Shown piece after piece: positions 37,330 to 50,559 of a DNA stretch of 64,000 nucleotides; the stretch's first letter is position 1; the number at the start of each line of letters is the position of its first letter. The stretch covers positions 20,088,001 to 20,152,000 of the forward strand of contig OZ024746.1 of NCBI GenBank assembly GCA_964016885.1. Reading direction: 5' to 3'. Under the pieces are notes generated by a model. The model ran no database searches. It was not told the origin of the DNA and saw nothing but the letters and a program-made list of their open reading frames with translations. This DNA is from Eledone cirrhosa. Lineage: Eukaryota. Both the position numbers and the translations under genes were made by a program.

Positions 37330-37670
37330 AGATAGTCGAGACTTCTGGTGTCCTTGGTCTTAGTCTCCGTACTGCTGATGTCCTCCGTAAAATCGGAAAG
37401 ACGGCGGCTCGCTTGAGGAAGGAGCCCTGTGAGGTGGGGTGGCTGTTGCAGCGGGTATCTCTGGTCATTCTCCGCGGTAATGATTTTGCCATTTTGTCCA
37501 CGGAATGCGACTGAAACACCACTCAGACTGGGGTGTAGTGTTGGTCCCCTCCCCTCTCCCTTTCTTTCGTTGCTTGATACGTTTTTTTTTTCTTTTTCTT
37601 CTTTTCATTTCCTTTTTTTCCCCTTTAATAATGTTTTGTTTCTGTATAAACAGCTTTCTAAAATAAAGTA
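37330..37670 (+). mobile_element. CRE-type LINE 3' end
   Basis: VETSGVLG..IGK.AA...EPCEVGWLLQRVSLVILRGN; pyrimidine-rich UTR; AATAAA. Confidence 0.85.
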
Positions 37671-37740
37671 GTTGTAACAAGTATTCTATATTTTCTTTGA
37701 TAAAAAAAATTACTTCAACTCAATAAAACTATAATGAACA

Positions 37741-37951
37741 TACGAGGGCCAGCTGAAAAGTTCATAGTCAGACCAAGATTCTCTCATGAAATGACCAAAT
37801 GAGGTTTATTTTTCAATATAGTCCCTGGAAAGAAACAATGCAGTAATTAATAAGAAGAGTTGAAATTAAGGTATGCAGGATTTCACAGATTTCACAGATC
37901 TATCATTACTCCTTTATAGTCAGCCTGTGAACTTTTCAGCCTAACCTCGTA
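37741..37951. mobile_element. Mariner-type MITE
   Basis: TIRs TACGAGGGCCAGCTGAAAAGTTCA / TGAACTTTTCAGCCTAACCTCGTA. Confidence 0.85.
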
Positions 37952-38466
37952 GCTACTTACTGACTGTGAAGGAAGTTAATACACATTTAGCGATGGACTA
38001 GATACATATCTATATAAATAGAAAATAGAAAATTATAAATAAATAGTGAAAATAAGAATCATAGTTATTGCAAACATATGGCTATTCTCTTAACAGCGAT
38101 AAACCAAATTTATATTTGAAAATCTTCTTCCTGTGAAAATAGCAATCCTAAAAAAGATATTCAAAGAAAAATAAGTTCCCTTGATATCTGGAACAAGTTT
38201 TAGTTATTGAAAAATTTAATTTCCTGTTAGCAGTTGAAAGATTGCTAATACCGCAAATGGTTATTTTTTTAATTTGGCAACTCGTATCTACTGAGTGGCA
38301 TCCTTAGCGGCATGTTTCTAGCTACTGAGTCTGGAGTACATCTGGAGGCTGGAGTGTATCTGCTTGGGTCGATTATTGCTCTAATGAACTGTCTCTTCCA
38401 GCCTACCCCCTTCCATATTATGCTCGTGATCATTTATTTTCAGCCAATTTCACTACGTTGAAAAAT

Positions 38467-38656
38467 AATTGTTTCTACGTTAGGCACAAGGCCAGCAAAT
38501 ACCCAGTGTATTACTGGTACTTTATTTTATCGACCCCGTAAGGATGAAAGGCAAAGTTAACCTCGGCGGGATTTGAACTCAGAATGGCAAGGGCCGTAAC
38601 TCTATACGTCAAAGCATGGCGTCCGACCCTCTACCGATACTGCCAATCCACCGCCC
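38467..38656 (-). mobile_element. SINE family A, full length
   Basis: TSD TTGAAAAATAAT at 38458-38469 and 38657-38668. Confidence 0.9.
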
Positions 38657-39039
38657 TTGAAAAATAATGACAGTGATATCCGTCCCACCATAGTTGGTAA
38701 GGTTTTTCGGCGAACCGAGGTGAAGATATTTTGCAAAGTCAGATGTGGGGGACCTTAGCGAGGAATTACGCCATGGAAGCATGGCAGTTGCTCATGTAGG
38801 CAGGCATTTATTTCATTAAGTATGTACTCTCACCGTCACTGCACCACCTGATAAAGCTGAACATGTTAAATACCTTTAATAGAGGCGGGTGTGCTCATAT
38901 TCTAGAGATGTGCATGTGGAGGGCCGCTTTGATACCCCACATCTTTTTTACGGGGTACTCATTAGGAGCACCGTTGTCTCATTGATGTATCGTGACCATA
39001 ATAAACAACATCTTCCCTTGAATACATTATTCAAAATGG

Positions 39040-39470
39040 CGCCTTTTTAACAATTTCATCCTATCCACCATAATTGTCCAGCAAGGTGACCCACTCGGTC
39101 CGATTCTCTTTACGTTGACCAACGATGACATTGCCAACTCAGTCTGTTCGCCGTTTGCAGTTCAATATCTGGTATCTGAAAGACGCGAGGCTGCGTGGAT
39201 TTGTTGACTCCATCTTTGAACACCTTCAAAACATCATCCGAGTTCTATCGCTCTTCGAACTCGAGATTAACTTGTCCCCACCAAAGAGGATAAATATGAG
39301 TTACGGTTTCTAACTGAGGCAGAACATACTCCGTTGGACGATGTCTATATTCTTTGCTCCCCAATTCTCTCGAAAGCCATATGAGAGTGCCTGAAGGTCA
39401 ACTGTGTTGATCTGTCGAGGATAAAGGACAGATTGTGCTTCATCGATTTACATCCCACGCTCTTCTTCCA
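39040..39470 (+). pseudogene. Degraded CRE-type RT fragment
   Basis: VQQGDPLGPILFTL..DDIA..FNIWYLKDA, colinear with 32.0-32.45 kb. Confidence 0.75.
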
Positions 39471-40178
39471 TTCAATACGTTAGTGAAGATGACAAAGCAC
39501 TTTGTTATAGAAAAAGTATGCAGAAAATGTTTAAACTGCAATAAATACAAAGTATAGTCATATGAAATTTATTCAAAATAAAAATATATATTTAGCAACC
39601 GAAATGTCAACAGCTCTATTTTGGAATCCAGTATCGCCTTGTTGTGAGTCAACAAAGAGGTCGCTATGTTGTCATTCGACATAGGAGTCAAATTTTCGTA
39701 ACCTAGATACATTGAAGATAGACTTTTAAAAAAGACGCATGTTCATGACTGAACTGCGTTTTTATCGTAGATCTTCTAGATCAAAATTGACCAGGGACAA
39801 AATAACATATAAAAAATCACTACTTTAGGAAGTTTCTACGAATAATTATACAAAATAGTTGTTGAATTAAAGCAGCTATAAAATAGATATGGATGCCGCA
39901 TACAAACAGACATCAAGTTAACAAGCTAGGCTCAACTCACTCGACCTGAAATATCTGCTTCCAATCTACCTCGAATATGACACTACAGGGGCACTTATTA
40001 TTCGGTCCTCCATAGATAACAGGAGGAACACACACACACCACACACCACACACACACACGCACACATTTATATGTGTGTGTGTGTGTGTGTATGTATGTA
40101 TATATATATATGTGTGTGTGCGTGTGTATACACATATTATTTATGTATGTCGTATAAATAAATATATATATATATATA

Positions 40179-40309
40179 GGAACCAGTAAGACCCCGACAG
40201 CTGAGCTCAAGCCGTTTCGACGGCGGCTAATTCTGGACTACCTCAAGTATTGAGTACTTTGGTACTTGGTGCGTTATGGTCCACCTGGTTCCTTACCACA
40301 TTTCCTTCG

Positions 40310-40311
<2 letters not shown>
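40179..40311 (+). mobile_element. Hairpin-family element, right arm deleted
   Basis: Left arm and tail match 55231-55423; embedded in (TA)n. Confidence 0.8.
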
Positions 40312-40350
<39 letters not shown>

Positions 40351-40434
40351 AAAGTTATATTTAAATTGTTGGGATGCAACAAGCAAATATTTTTATAACT
40401 GATATAAAGCACTCAACAAATAATTGGAGTAAAA

Positions 40435-40791
40435 ACGATATTAACAAATGGAAACTATATTTATAAAACCATATTTATTTCATTATACATATTTCAAGGA
40501 CACCAAGTTAAATTATGGTGTGCTTTCATCAGATAAAATATAATATAGAGCAGTTTTGTAAATAAATATTGACATACCCTTAAAGAATGAAACCATTACA
40601 GTTGGAAGCTCCCGGATAGTTCCAACTGTAATGGTTACATTCTTTAAGGGTATGTCAATATTTATTTATAAAACTGCTCTATATTATATTTTATCTGATG
40701 AAAGCACACCATAATTTAACTTGGTGTCCTTGAAATATGTATAATGAAATAAATATGGTTTTATAAATATAGTTTCCATTTGTTAATATCG

Positions 40792-40792
<1 letters not shown>
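40435..40792. repeat. 173-bp inverted repeat (12-nt spacer, 2 mismatches) with a hammerhead-like motif in each arm
   Basis: Arms 40435-40607 and 40620-40792; CTGATGA 40695-40701 and GAAA 40732-40735, mirrored at 40492-40532. Confidence 0.92.
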
Positions 40793-40836
<44 letters not shown>

Positions 40837-41020
40837 GTGTGTGTGTGTGCGTGTCTGATGGTATCTATGATGCTTCCATAGGCGGTATGCCGGTTGATCG
40901 TGTCTCGAGCTCTCTGCCGGCGAAACAATTGTAACACACAATAAATTGAGTTCAGATGCATCACTGATTTTTCGTTTTATATTATATTATATATATATAT
41001 ATATATATACATATATATAT

Positions 41021-41260
41021 AGGGCGGGTAAAATTCCCGAGATCCATGGACGAGTTCTCTCCAGCGGTCTCTGTCCCTCATTATCGCTGCTATGTCCTGC
41101 GTCTCCAACAGACCAGTGTCTGTCCTTAGGGCATCAACATACGTTAACCTTGGTCTTCCTCTTCTAGTGTGTCCATGTAGGGGCTCCCAAAGGAGCACTG
41201 AGTGCAATGTCAACTCTGGATGTCGGTGAGCATGTCCAGCTAACCTCAGTCTCCTCTGTG
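41021..41260 (-). mobile_element. RTE 3' end in (TA)n
   Basis: [32 protein letters not shown], uninverted. Confidence 0.88.
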
Positions 41261-41328
41261 GAAACCCAATGGAAACCCAAGACTGACAGTCATCTCAGCC
41301 TATATATATATATATATATATATATACA

Positions 41329-41366
<38 letters not shown>

Positions 41367-41403
41367 TGTATATATATATATACTGTATATATATATATAT
41401 ACA

Positions 41404-41459
<56 letters not shown>

Positions 41460-41553
41460 TGTATATATATATATACTGTATATATATATATATTTATATA
41501 TATATATATGCTGTATATATATATATTTATATATATATATTTATATATATATA

Positions 41554-41610
<57 letters not shown>

Positions 41611-41655
41611 TATATGTATGTATATATATATACACACACATTATTTTGTATGTCG

Positions 41656-41766
<111 letters not shown>

Positions 41767-42798
41767 AATTGCAGCTCCTACACTGTCTCCACATATGTAT
41801 CTTGCTGTTGTGAAAAGGGCATAACCTTAACGTGACATTTATCAATCAAAGTGGTGTCCCTGAAACATAAATTCTGAAACATATAATAATTTCTCCCGAA
41901 ACATCAAGAATTAGGTTACAGCTAATCAGACCTTAGATGCTTAACCGACATGCTATTTTTTCCTAAATCCACTTTCTTGCTAAAAAGGAATTATCTGCCC
42001 CTGACAAAACATCCCATGAATGTTATTTCATTTTTCAATGACGTATTCTCATGACCTAAAAACATCAAGGTAAAAATCAACTATTGCGTGCCCTATACAT
42101 GTATACAGGTGCATGTATGTATGTATGTATGTATGTATGTATGTATGTATGTATGTATGTATGTATGTATGATATGTCAGGTCACCAGTTGGTGCTACTG
42201 GTAACATGTATCCAAGTACAACCTGTCTCATGGTCGTGTCGTTGGCGACTAAACTGGCAACCCCACGAAGGTTTCTTGGTGAGGAGGGTGACTTTGGACA
42301 TCCTGCAGGACTAAAAACAAAACCTGTTAAAGGGCAAAGGAGCTCGTAAGAGTCAATGGCCATCCAAAATCACCGGGAGAGATGACCCCTTAGCCTTTCT
42401 CAAGGCAGAATTCTAGGAGAAGGAAAACTCTGATATAACACCTGCAACCCTGATGGTATCCAATGATGTTGACTTGTTCTTCTTTTTGGTAAATATCATC
42501 TTGGTTAAGAGAGTAGGACTGGCTTTGTGCAGTGCCTTTGCTCACTATAAAAGCTTCACGGCACAGGCATTGCTTTATATCTGGAGATCTCTCTGCACTT
42601 GTCGTCACATGGTACCATGGGCCCAGCACTATGTGTCAATATTTGTCACAAGTGTAGTGTTTGTACCAGAGTTTTCAAGTCGCTGTCTGGACTAAAGAGT
42701 CACACTCGTTCAGCGCATCGGTAGGGGTTCTCCTACATGGATATAAAGTAGTGGCCGTACTCGAAAACGAGTTGGCAGCCACCATGTATGTATGTATG

Positions 42799-45364
42799 TT
42801 CTTCTGGTTTCATAATTTCACAAAGTTTTACCAATAGAGAGAGAGTCGGGTTCTAACATAGACACAAGACTCTCTCATTGGAATTTACACAACATCAACT
42901 AGGTAGATATGTATGACTGTCTGCATGCATGTATGTGTAGATATGGATGTTATTGTATGTGTGGATGGGAATGTTTTAAGTTGTATGTGTGTATGTGTAT
43001 ATGCTTTGTATCTGTACATGTGTATGTGCAGTTATTAGATGCAACATTTTTGGAATGTTTTACATATTTTTACTGTTCCATTAATGGATTGTACTTGTAA
43101 TTTCCTAACAAGTTGTGTTCTTTCTGTTCCCGTGAAGCCCATCTTCTCAAGATTTGTATTGAGGCAGTTACTAACATATCCCAGTGCCCCAATAATCACA
43201 GACATAAATCTGAAGGTGTAATCAGGGTGGAGTATCTGCAGATTTCTCATCAGTTCTGCATAAATATTCTCCTTTTCGCTAATTTTTAATATTATATTGG
43301 CATCTGCTGGACAGCTAACTTCCACTACTGTGCATGCCTTCTTTTCCCTGTCCCATATCATAATATCTGGTCTGTTATGCCTGCATTTTATTGGGGTTTT
43401 TACTAGAACATTCCACCAGTAGTGTTTCATATTATGTACATGGATGTCTTCCACATTGCTGTAGCTTTTAATGTGTTTATTATCGGGGCTATCTTTTCTA
43501 CAGATTGCATTGTACAGTGGTTTTGCCACTACATCATGTCTCATAGGTAGATAGTACAGCGATGACATCTTTGGACAGCTGCTGATGACATGGGTGACAT
43601 CTTCGATGTTAATTCTGCAGAGTCGGCACTTGTTATTACATCTAGGTATTTTGCCTGCATCCCTAACTCTTTTGTGAATCAGGTATTTCGTGTTAATTTC
43701 CTGTTCTTGGATTGCAAAAGCGTATCCTTCAAAGTGGGAGCCAATATAGCGGTTATTGGTCGAAGATAGACTACTTTCCTCATCTATATTACTCTCACTC
43801 TGGAGCTTCCTGGCAACATATCCATGCATGATTTTTTGCTGAATAGCATGCAGTTTTTCATCCATGGATTCACTGCGATACTGCTGAGCGACTTCCCTGG
43901 GTGTGAGTTTTTGATTATCACACAGGGAATATCTCTCGAGGAGTTCCTTCCCAACTCTCATGATCTTATCTGTTTCATGCAGATAGACTTGCTCGAGCTC
44001 CTACGCTTCGAGGTTCGTAGATGTTGTCGGAGGGATATGATGCGACATTCAAATGCTGTCTGGACTGATGTTAGGCCTCCGCCTCCCTGCTTTCGTTTCA
44101 AGTAAAGGTGGTCTGTTGATGTGAAAGTTTCCGTTGTTGTTTAGTATTTTTTGAGTCCTAACATCAAATGCTCGGATTTCGTCTATTGTCCAATTGAGTA
44201 TTCCAAACGTTGGTGTTAGGACAGGCATAGCAAACACATTGTGAGTCACTGTTTTGTTTTGCGCAGAGAGTTCCGATGACCAGATCTTTTTTAATCGAGT
44301 GTAGTATTCCCTGGTTACGCGTTCCTTATTACAGATACCATTATAGGATATGTTCTCATCTATTCTCAGGTATCTGTAGCAGTCCTCATCAGATATCGGT
44401 AAAACAGTTCGGCCATTGATGACAATGTTGCTAGATTGGGTTGTTGTTTTTCCCCGCTTTACAGTCATATATGAGCATTTATCTTGGCCAAACTCCATTC
44501 CTATATCCTTTGAGAATGTTGTAACCAAGTCAAGATTTTTCTTCATCCCATCCATGTCCTTGGCATAGAGTTTCAGATCATTCACAAAGAAATTATAGGT
44601 TAGGTTCGTATTTCTGTCCTCCTGTGAGCCAATGATGTATCCTTCACATTTCTTGAGCAGAAAGGACAAGGGGTTTAATGACAGGATGAATAATATCACA
44701 GAGAGACTGTCTCCCTGAAATATACCCCTGCGATATTTTATTTTTTCAGTGAAAATAGAGTTCTCCTTCTCTGTCTCCTTAGAATAGAAGCCCAAGAAGA
44801 AGACAGCGTCTCTGGCTCTGATAATAATGTCTGGGACTTTAGCAAGTTGGAGGGCCTCTATCATCCAAGAGTGGGGAACAGAATCGAAAGCTTTCCTGTA
44901 GTCCAGCCAGACTGTAGCCATATTCCTCCTAAGTTGTCGCACCTCCGACATCGCAGTTTTGTTGATTAGGAGTTGTTCAGCACATCCCCAAACCCCTTTC
45001 TTTCCAGCTGCTTGTTACGTCCCTTTACGATCTGAGTTCAAATCCCGCCGAGGTTGACTTTGCCTTTCATCCTTACGGGGTCGATAAAATAAAGTACCAG
45101 TAATGCACTGGGTAATTGCTGGCCTTCTGCCTAACGTAGAAACAATTATTTTCACAGTGATCTTGGAGGAATAGGTTCAGGCAGGCTGTATACATTCTTA
45201 TACATCAGGTTCTGGCATGCAATGGGTCGGTAGCCTTTTGCCAAGTGGGTGTCTTTGTTCTTGGGGGCCAGTAATGTTTGTGCTAATGTCAACCATTCTG
45301 GTATTAGTGTATCTCCCTTAAGAACTTGTTGGTAGAGGTCAGTAAGATACTTCCGTAAGATACC
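42799..45364 (-). mobile_element. 5'-truncated R4/Dong-type non-LTR retrotransposon (RT, CCHC, RLE), frameshifted
   Basis: YRPIAC, WLDYRKAFDSVPHSW, GIFQGDSLS, FVNDLKLY, CRLC..EDVTHVISSC, RHD, NRPDIMIWD..VEVSCP..KENIY; (CATA)n on both sides. Confidence 0.92.
45015..45150 (+). mobile_element. SINE family A nested in the R4-type element
   Basis: 5'-truncated copy interrupting the DHCE...QAAGKKG segment. Confidence 0.9.
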
Positions 45365-45596
45365 TATGTATGAATGTATGTATGTATGTATGTATGTATG
45401 TATGTATGTATGTATGTATGTATGTATGTATGTATGTATGTATGTGGTGTGTGTATGTGTGTGCTTGTATCTGTCTATGCATGTGCGTGTGTGTTTGTGT
45501 GTGTGTGTTAGGATAAAGAAAAATTTATAATTGGACTTGTTTTCGTGTTCCTGCCTAAATGTGTTTCTATGTATATCCCCCTTGGTATGTAAATAG

Positions 45597-45860
45597 TGGA
45601 GGGCGTGGCTTAGTGGTAAATGTGTTAGACTTATGATCATAATGTCGTGGGTTTAATTCGTGGACTGGGTTGTGTGTTGTGTTCTTGATCAAAATACTTC
45701 ATTTCATGTTGCTCCAGTATACTGAGCTGAAAATGAGTACCAGCAATAGCTGGGGGCTTAACCCAGTGATGGACTGATCTCCTGTCCAGGGAGGGAGGGG
45801 GGGGCATCTCGTACTCTCGTACTCTTAGTCTGGTGAGCCTCCGGACTCCAGACAGACTTT
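45597..45860 (+). mobile_element. CORE-type tRNA-SINE (family B)
   Basis: Box A TGGCTTAGTGG, CORE-like domain, GATGGACTG..CCTGTCCAGGG tail. Confidence 0.8.
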
Positions 45861-46204
45861 ATACTTTTATGTAAATAGATAAAAGATCCACAGATTTATA
45901 TTCAATATACTTAACACTTTGAAATTATATATTAAACTATATTAAACTATATTAAACTATATTACCTATACCAAAGCAAATGATGACTTTTCAAAAGGGA
46001 ATGATGCAAGCGATTCAATCAACTTCAGTATGGCGGGTCATATTTAGACTTTGGGGTGCCCGGGGTAGTTCTGGTTTGGGTGTGTGAGGACTGTTCATAG
46101 AAGGAGCCCTATTTCATAAGGGATGACCAAGGCATTCACCCCCTGCACTACAGATCCTGTCAGTATGTAGTTGTATATTACTTATGGTATGGTATGACAT
46201 GGTT

Positions 46205-46543
46205 CTGTAACCCCCGAGCGAGTCGTAGTGGCGCCATATTAACACACGGCGTTTCTAGGGCTTTTTTTTTTTAAACCTGGCGGAGCCCATCTTTTCTCCA
46301 GGTCTGAATACAGCAGATTTCTTCCAGAGAAGGATAGAAAGTGAGACTGAGAGGAAGTAAGAAAGAGATATAGAGAAAGAATCGACCTCAGTACTAGACT
46401 GGTACTTTTTTTTTATCAACCTCAAATGGATGAAAGGCAAAGTTGACCTCGACGGCGATTTGTACTCAGAGAGCAGAGAGCTACAATGAATACCGCAAAG
46501 CATTCTATCCGACGTTCTAACGACTCTGCCAATTCGACGCCCT
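46205..46543 (-). mobile_element. Long-tailed tRNA-SINE
   Basis: Shares head and tail with 17950-18180 and 61880-62135. Confidence 0.75.
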
Positions 46544-47191
46544 ATATCTTATTACTTATATCAAACAAAAAAATATTCTGCAGAGGAAGGAGATAGTAAT
46601 GTGAATTGCCTTCAATGGAGAATATAAATTGCGTCGCAATATCGGCTTTCCAGGGATTTGCTTTGGTTCTATTACATAGGCTACTGTCTCGTTCTCTTTC
46701 TTTTGAAATACTATTCAGTATTTGGTGACTTAAACGTAGTGGAATTAACTGAGAATATAAAGTGTCATTCTGAACAATTTCAATCCTGCCTGTGTTGTTA
46801 AGATGTTAAGAAGTTCACTCCACAATCATATTATGATAAGAAGCGAACTGAGTCTTAAAAGCCATCCCCATTATACTGACTGCTGATGACCACAGGTGTC
46901 TTTTCATTGCTCACCTAAGGCACATTCTATTTTCATTTCAATCTTTGTGCATTAGTTTCAGTTATTCGAGACCTTTTTTCAGTGTGTGTGTGTGTGTTGT
47001 GTCTCAACGTTTGTGTGTTTGTGTATGTGTTTTTGTATGGGTGTGTGCGTGTCTCAACGTTTGGGTGTTTGTGTATGTGTGTGAGAGTGTGTGTGTGCAT
47101 CTCAGTGTTTATGTGTGTATATGTTGTACGTCTTTCAACGTTTATGTGTGTGTGTGTGTGCGTGATTCAACGTTTGTGTGCGTCTGTGTCT

Positions 47192-47248
<57 letters not shown>

Positions 47249-47253
47249 TGGGT

Positions 47254-47308
<55 letters not shown>

Positions 47309-47864
47309 GAAAGGTGACTTTTACAGGACTAGTTCATGTTGATTTGAGACGAAAACGAGCGAAGGTATATGCGAAGCAAACTTCTTAGCCTCACAGGCTT
47401 GTCTGCACCAATATGTAGGATGGATTGGCAGAACCGGTAGAGGGTCGAACAAGATACTGTGGGTTGTTAGGTTACGTCCCTTTACGTTCTGAGTTCAAAT
47501 CCCGCTTTTTTTTTCCTGGTGTACCAGTCGATAAAGCAAGTACTGGAATCGATATAACCAACGAGATCTGGAAGATATCCCAGCATGGTCACAGTCCAAT
47601 TATTAAAGCTAATAAAAGAATATGGTTGTATTTGATGATGTTTTGTTAAGGATTTTGAAAGTTGCATCTAGCCATTTGAATAGATTGTTGACCTATTGAG
47701 CAAGAAATTCAGCAAAGACACAAATATGGGTGTCTTTTATTGAAATTATTTTCGATAAACATGAGTCTTATCTAATAGGTGTATTATTCTTCTGCGTTGT
47801 ATTACATAATCCGGAATAAACTTCTAAGTTTGTAAAAGGATTTGGTTAACTTATAGGTACTAAG

Positions 47865-48218
47865 TACAGGTACATCTCACCCTACGTGGTTAATTGGTTC
47901 CAGACGTCAAGACTTAAGTTGAAAAACAACCAATGTATAAACCACTAACACTATAAACCACTATAAACCCCTATAAACCACTAACACTATAAACTACTAT
48001 AAACCCCTATAAACCACTAACACTATAAACTACTATAAACCTCTATAAACCACTAATACATTATAATACACTACATTATTTTATGCTGTATATTTTAACA
48101 TTTATTTAAATGTGTTTTTATGTTTTTATTGTTTTTTGATGTTTTTTTATGGTTTGAAATATTTGGCAGACCGACGTAAAGTTGAGTCAATCGACATAAC
48201 ACGAGAAAAATTACCGTA
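47865..48218. mobile_element. Degenerate pogo/Tigger-like MITE with an internal (CTATAAACCAC)n repeat; partial paralog at 23401-23500
   Basis: TACAG start and shared GTTCCAGAC..GACTTAAGTTGAAAA..CAACCAA; right TIR weak. Confidence 0.45.
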
Positions 48219-48229
48219 ACTTGGAAAAT

Positions 48230-48417
48230 AATTGTTTCTACTTTTGGCACAATGCCAGCAATTATCTCAGTGCATTACTGGTACTTTATTTTATCGACCC
48301 CGTAAGGATGAAAGGCAAAGTTAACCTCGGCGGGTTTTGAACTCAATCCATAAAGAGACGTAACTGTGCTGCAACGCATGGCGTCCGACCCTCCACCGAT
48401 ACTGCCAATCCACTGCC
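48230..48417 (-). mobile_element. SINE family A, full length
   Basis: TSD TGGAAAATAAT at 48222-48232 and 48418-48428. Confidence 0.9.
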
Positions 48418-49199
48418 TGGAAAATAATGAAATTCGAAATGAAGCCGAGGTATACATGTATAGTGAATATATTCCAAAACCACAATTAGTTCTCTTAGGT
48501 GCATGATTTTTTTTTTATTATGAAGAAACTTAAGCATTCTTTGGAAACACTCAACGAATAAAAGCATTAATATGATAACCAGAAGTATGAGGTCAATGTT
48601 TTCTGACAAATAATTCATGCTGTGATGATTTCAAAAACACTCGAAGTCTCTTATTTTCTTTGAAATGTGATACCAATTATTTCTATAGAAATTTTTAATT
48701 ATTTCAGAATTTTACTCATGTAACTCAAGAAATGTTTTTCGTGGAGGAATGCAAATATTTTAATATTTGATATAATCAGTTCTAAGAAAATTAGTTTTAA
48801 TATAATGTAGAAGAATACCCCCAAAATGTCAAGATATCTGTATTTATTTACGTTTGTCAGAATTTCATAAAACTACTGAAAAGCAATGATAAGAATAGAT
48901 GTTAAAATATTCATAAGTTATCTGAATAATTTAACGAGGAATAATGCAACTAGTAACACCGTTGTTTTTGTGGTTGTTCTTGAGGTTATTGTTCTTCTTC
49001 CTGTGTCAAGTGGTGTTAAAGCCACCAGCCTTGATCAAAATTCGACCAAACTCTCGAGGAAATATTGCATGGAACCAGCCGGCTTTTTGTTTCACCTATT
49101 CCAGATGCACTTCTTTTGTGGTGTATTTCCAAATCAGTGGACAATTTTCTTTATAGTTCTTATAAATAAGAAGCACTCTACGCCCATCAAAATCATACC

Positions 49200-49950
49200 T
49201 ACGTAGTTCCTTACACAGCATCATCAGTAAGACTAATAAATCAGTAGCCCACAAACAAGAGCAATATTATCTGCTAAACAATCAACCCATCTCTAAAAGG
49301 TAATTCAACTTCCGACAAAGCCATAATTCAGCAGATTCTTTGACTACCCTCTCCCAGACATCGAACAATTAGCTTGAGGTAGTCCAGACTATATGTAACA
49401 TAGCCTTATACATCAAAGAAGCTTTTGACAGAGTTAGGCATAACGGATTCTATGCCAAGTTCTAACCGAAGAGAATTCACGGGAGAATCTTAAGTTAGAT
49501 TCAAAGCTATCTTATGGTAAACCCATTAAGGTAGTACTTTCAATTCAACAATCTGATCCATCGCCCAACAATGTTGAGCCAGTTTTGTTTTCAGTCTTCA
49601 CAGAGGAGCTGGTCAACGCTTGAAAACGTAAGCTATGCCGCTACATTGACAATTTCCCTTGTTTACATCGATAAGGTAAACGTGAGAACAGGAGAAAGCA
49701 ATGTAACAACAACAAGCTTAAAAAAGAAACCTTGATCAGATGAAAGTCTGAGCAGACGATTTGAGGGAAACATTTGAGCCATAAAATGTAGAGGTTCTTT
49801 AAACTTTGAATTACATTTTCAGAGTTTCATTCTGAGAGTAATCATAGCTAGCTGGTGTAGAAAGGACATATCTACACTGTAATAGAAATGTACAAAGGCT
49901 TGATGCACTAAGAGAAGGTGCAGATGATCAAGGAGAGAAAAGCCATCGTT
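49200..49950 (+). pseudogene. Very degraded LINE RT remnant (CR1/L2/Jockey-like)
   Basis: IKEAFDRVRH motif at about 49410-49443 plus scattered RT-like segments. Confidence 0.5.
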
Positions 49951-50143
49951 TACAAAGTCCACATCTGAAACAATCTTAAAATAACGTTAACAAGTTAAGG
50001 TTGATGAGATGCTAATTAACAACTAATTAAGGCATGGAATTCGCAGTAACTAACGTTTAAACAATAGTTTGAATTCTCTATATAAAAATTTAACTCTACA
50101 TTTAATATTGAGTACTGCATTTTTTCTACGGTAATCAAAACAC

Positions 50144-50178
<35 letters not shown>

Positions 50179-50264
50179 GGAAAATTTGAACAGGAACAAA
50201 ACAGAGAGGCAGTACAACGAATGTTTATTAATTTCACGCTCTGGAGAGTGGGGTGGTGGCGGGG

Positions 50265-50298
50265 AACGACGTTTCGGGCACAAGCCCTTCTTCAGGTG
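50265..50298 (-). ncRNA. Minimal type I hammerhead motif in a pLTR-like repeat (50170-50420; downstream part recurs at 58890-58975)
   Basis: cac-CTGAAGA-a-GGGC ttgt GCCC-GAAA-cg-TC-gtt. Confidence 0.72.
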
Positions 50299-50559
50299 AA
50301 AAGTGTGTGGGAAGAGAGTTCAAAGGGTGTGTAGGGGAGTGGTGGAGAGACATATAGCGAAAAGGGGGTGGGAGGAAACGGTGCGAATGAAATTAAAAAT
50401 AAAAGCATGATCAAAATAAAATAAAATTATATATATATGTGTGTGTGTGTGTGTGTACATGCGTGCGTTTGCGTGCGTACGTATGTCTATGGTACGTACA
50501 CACGGCAGCATGTATTTGCATGCACTTATATATATATGTATGTGTATATATATATGGGG

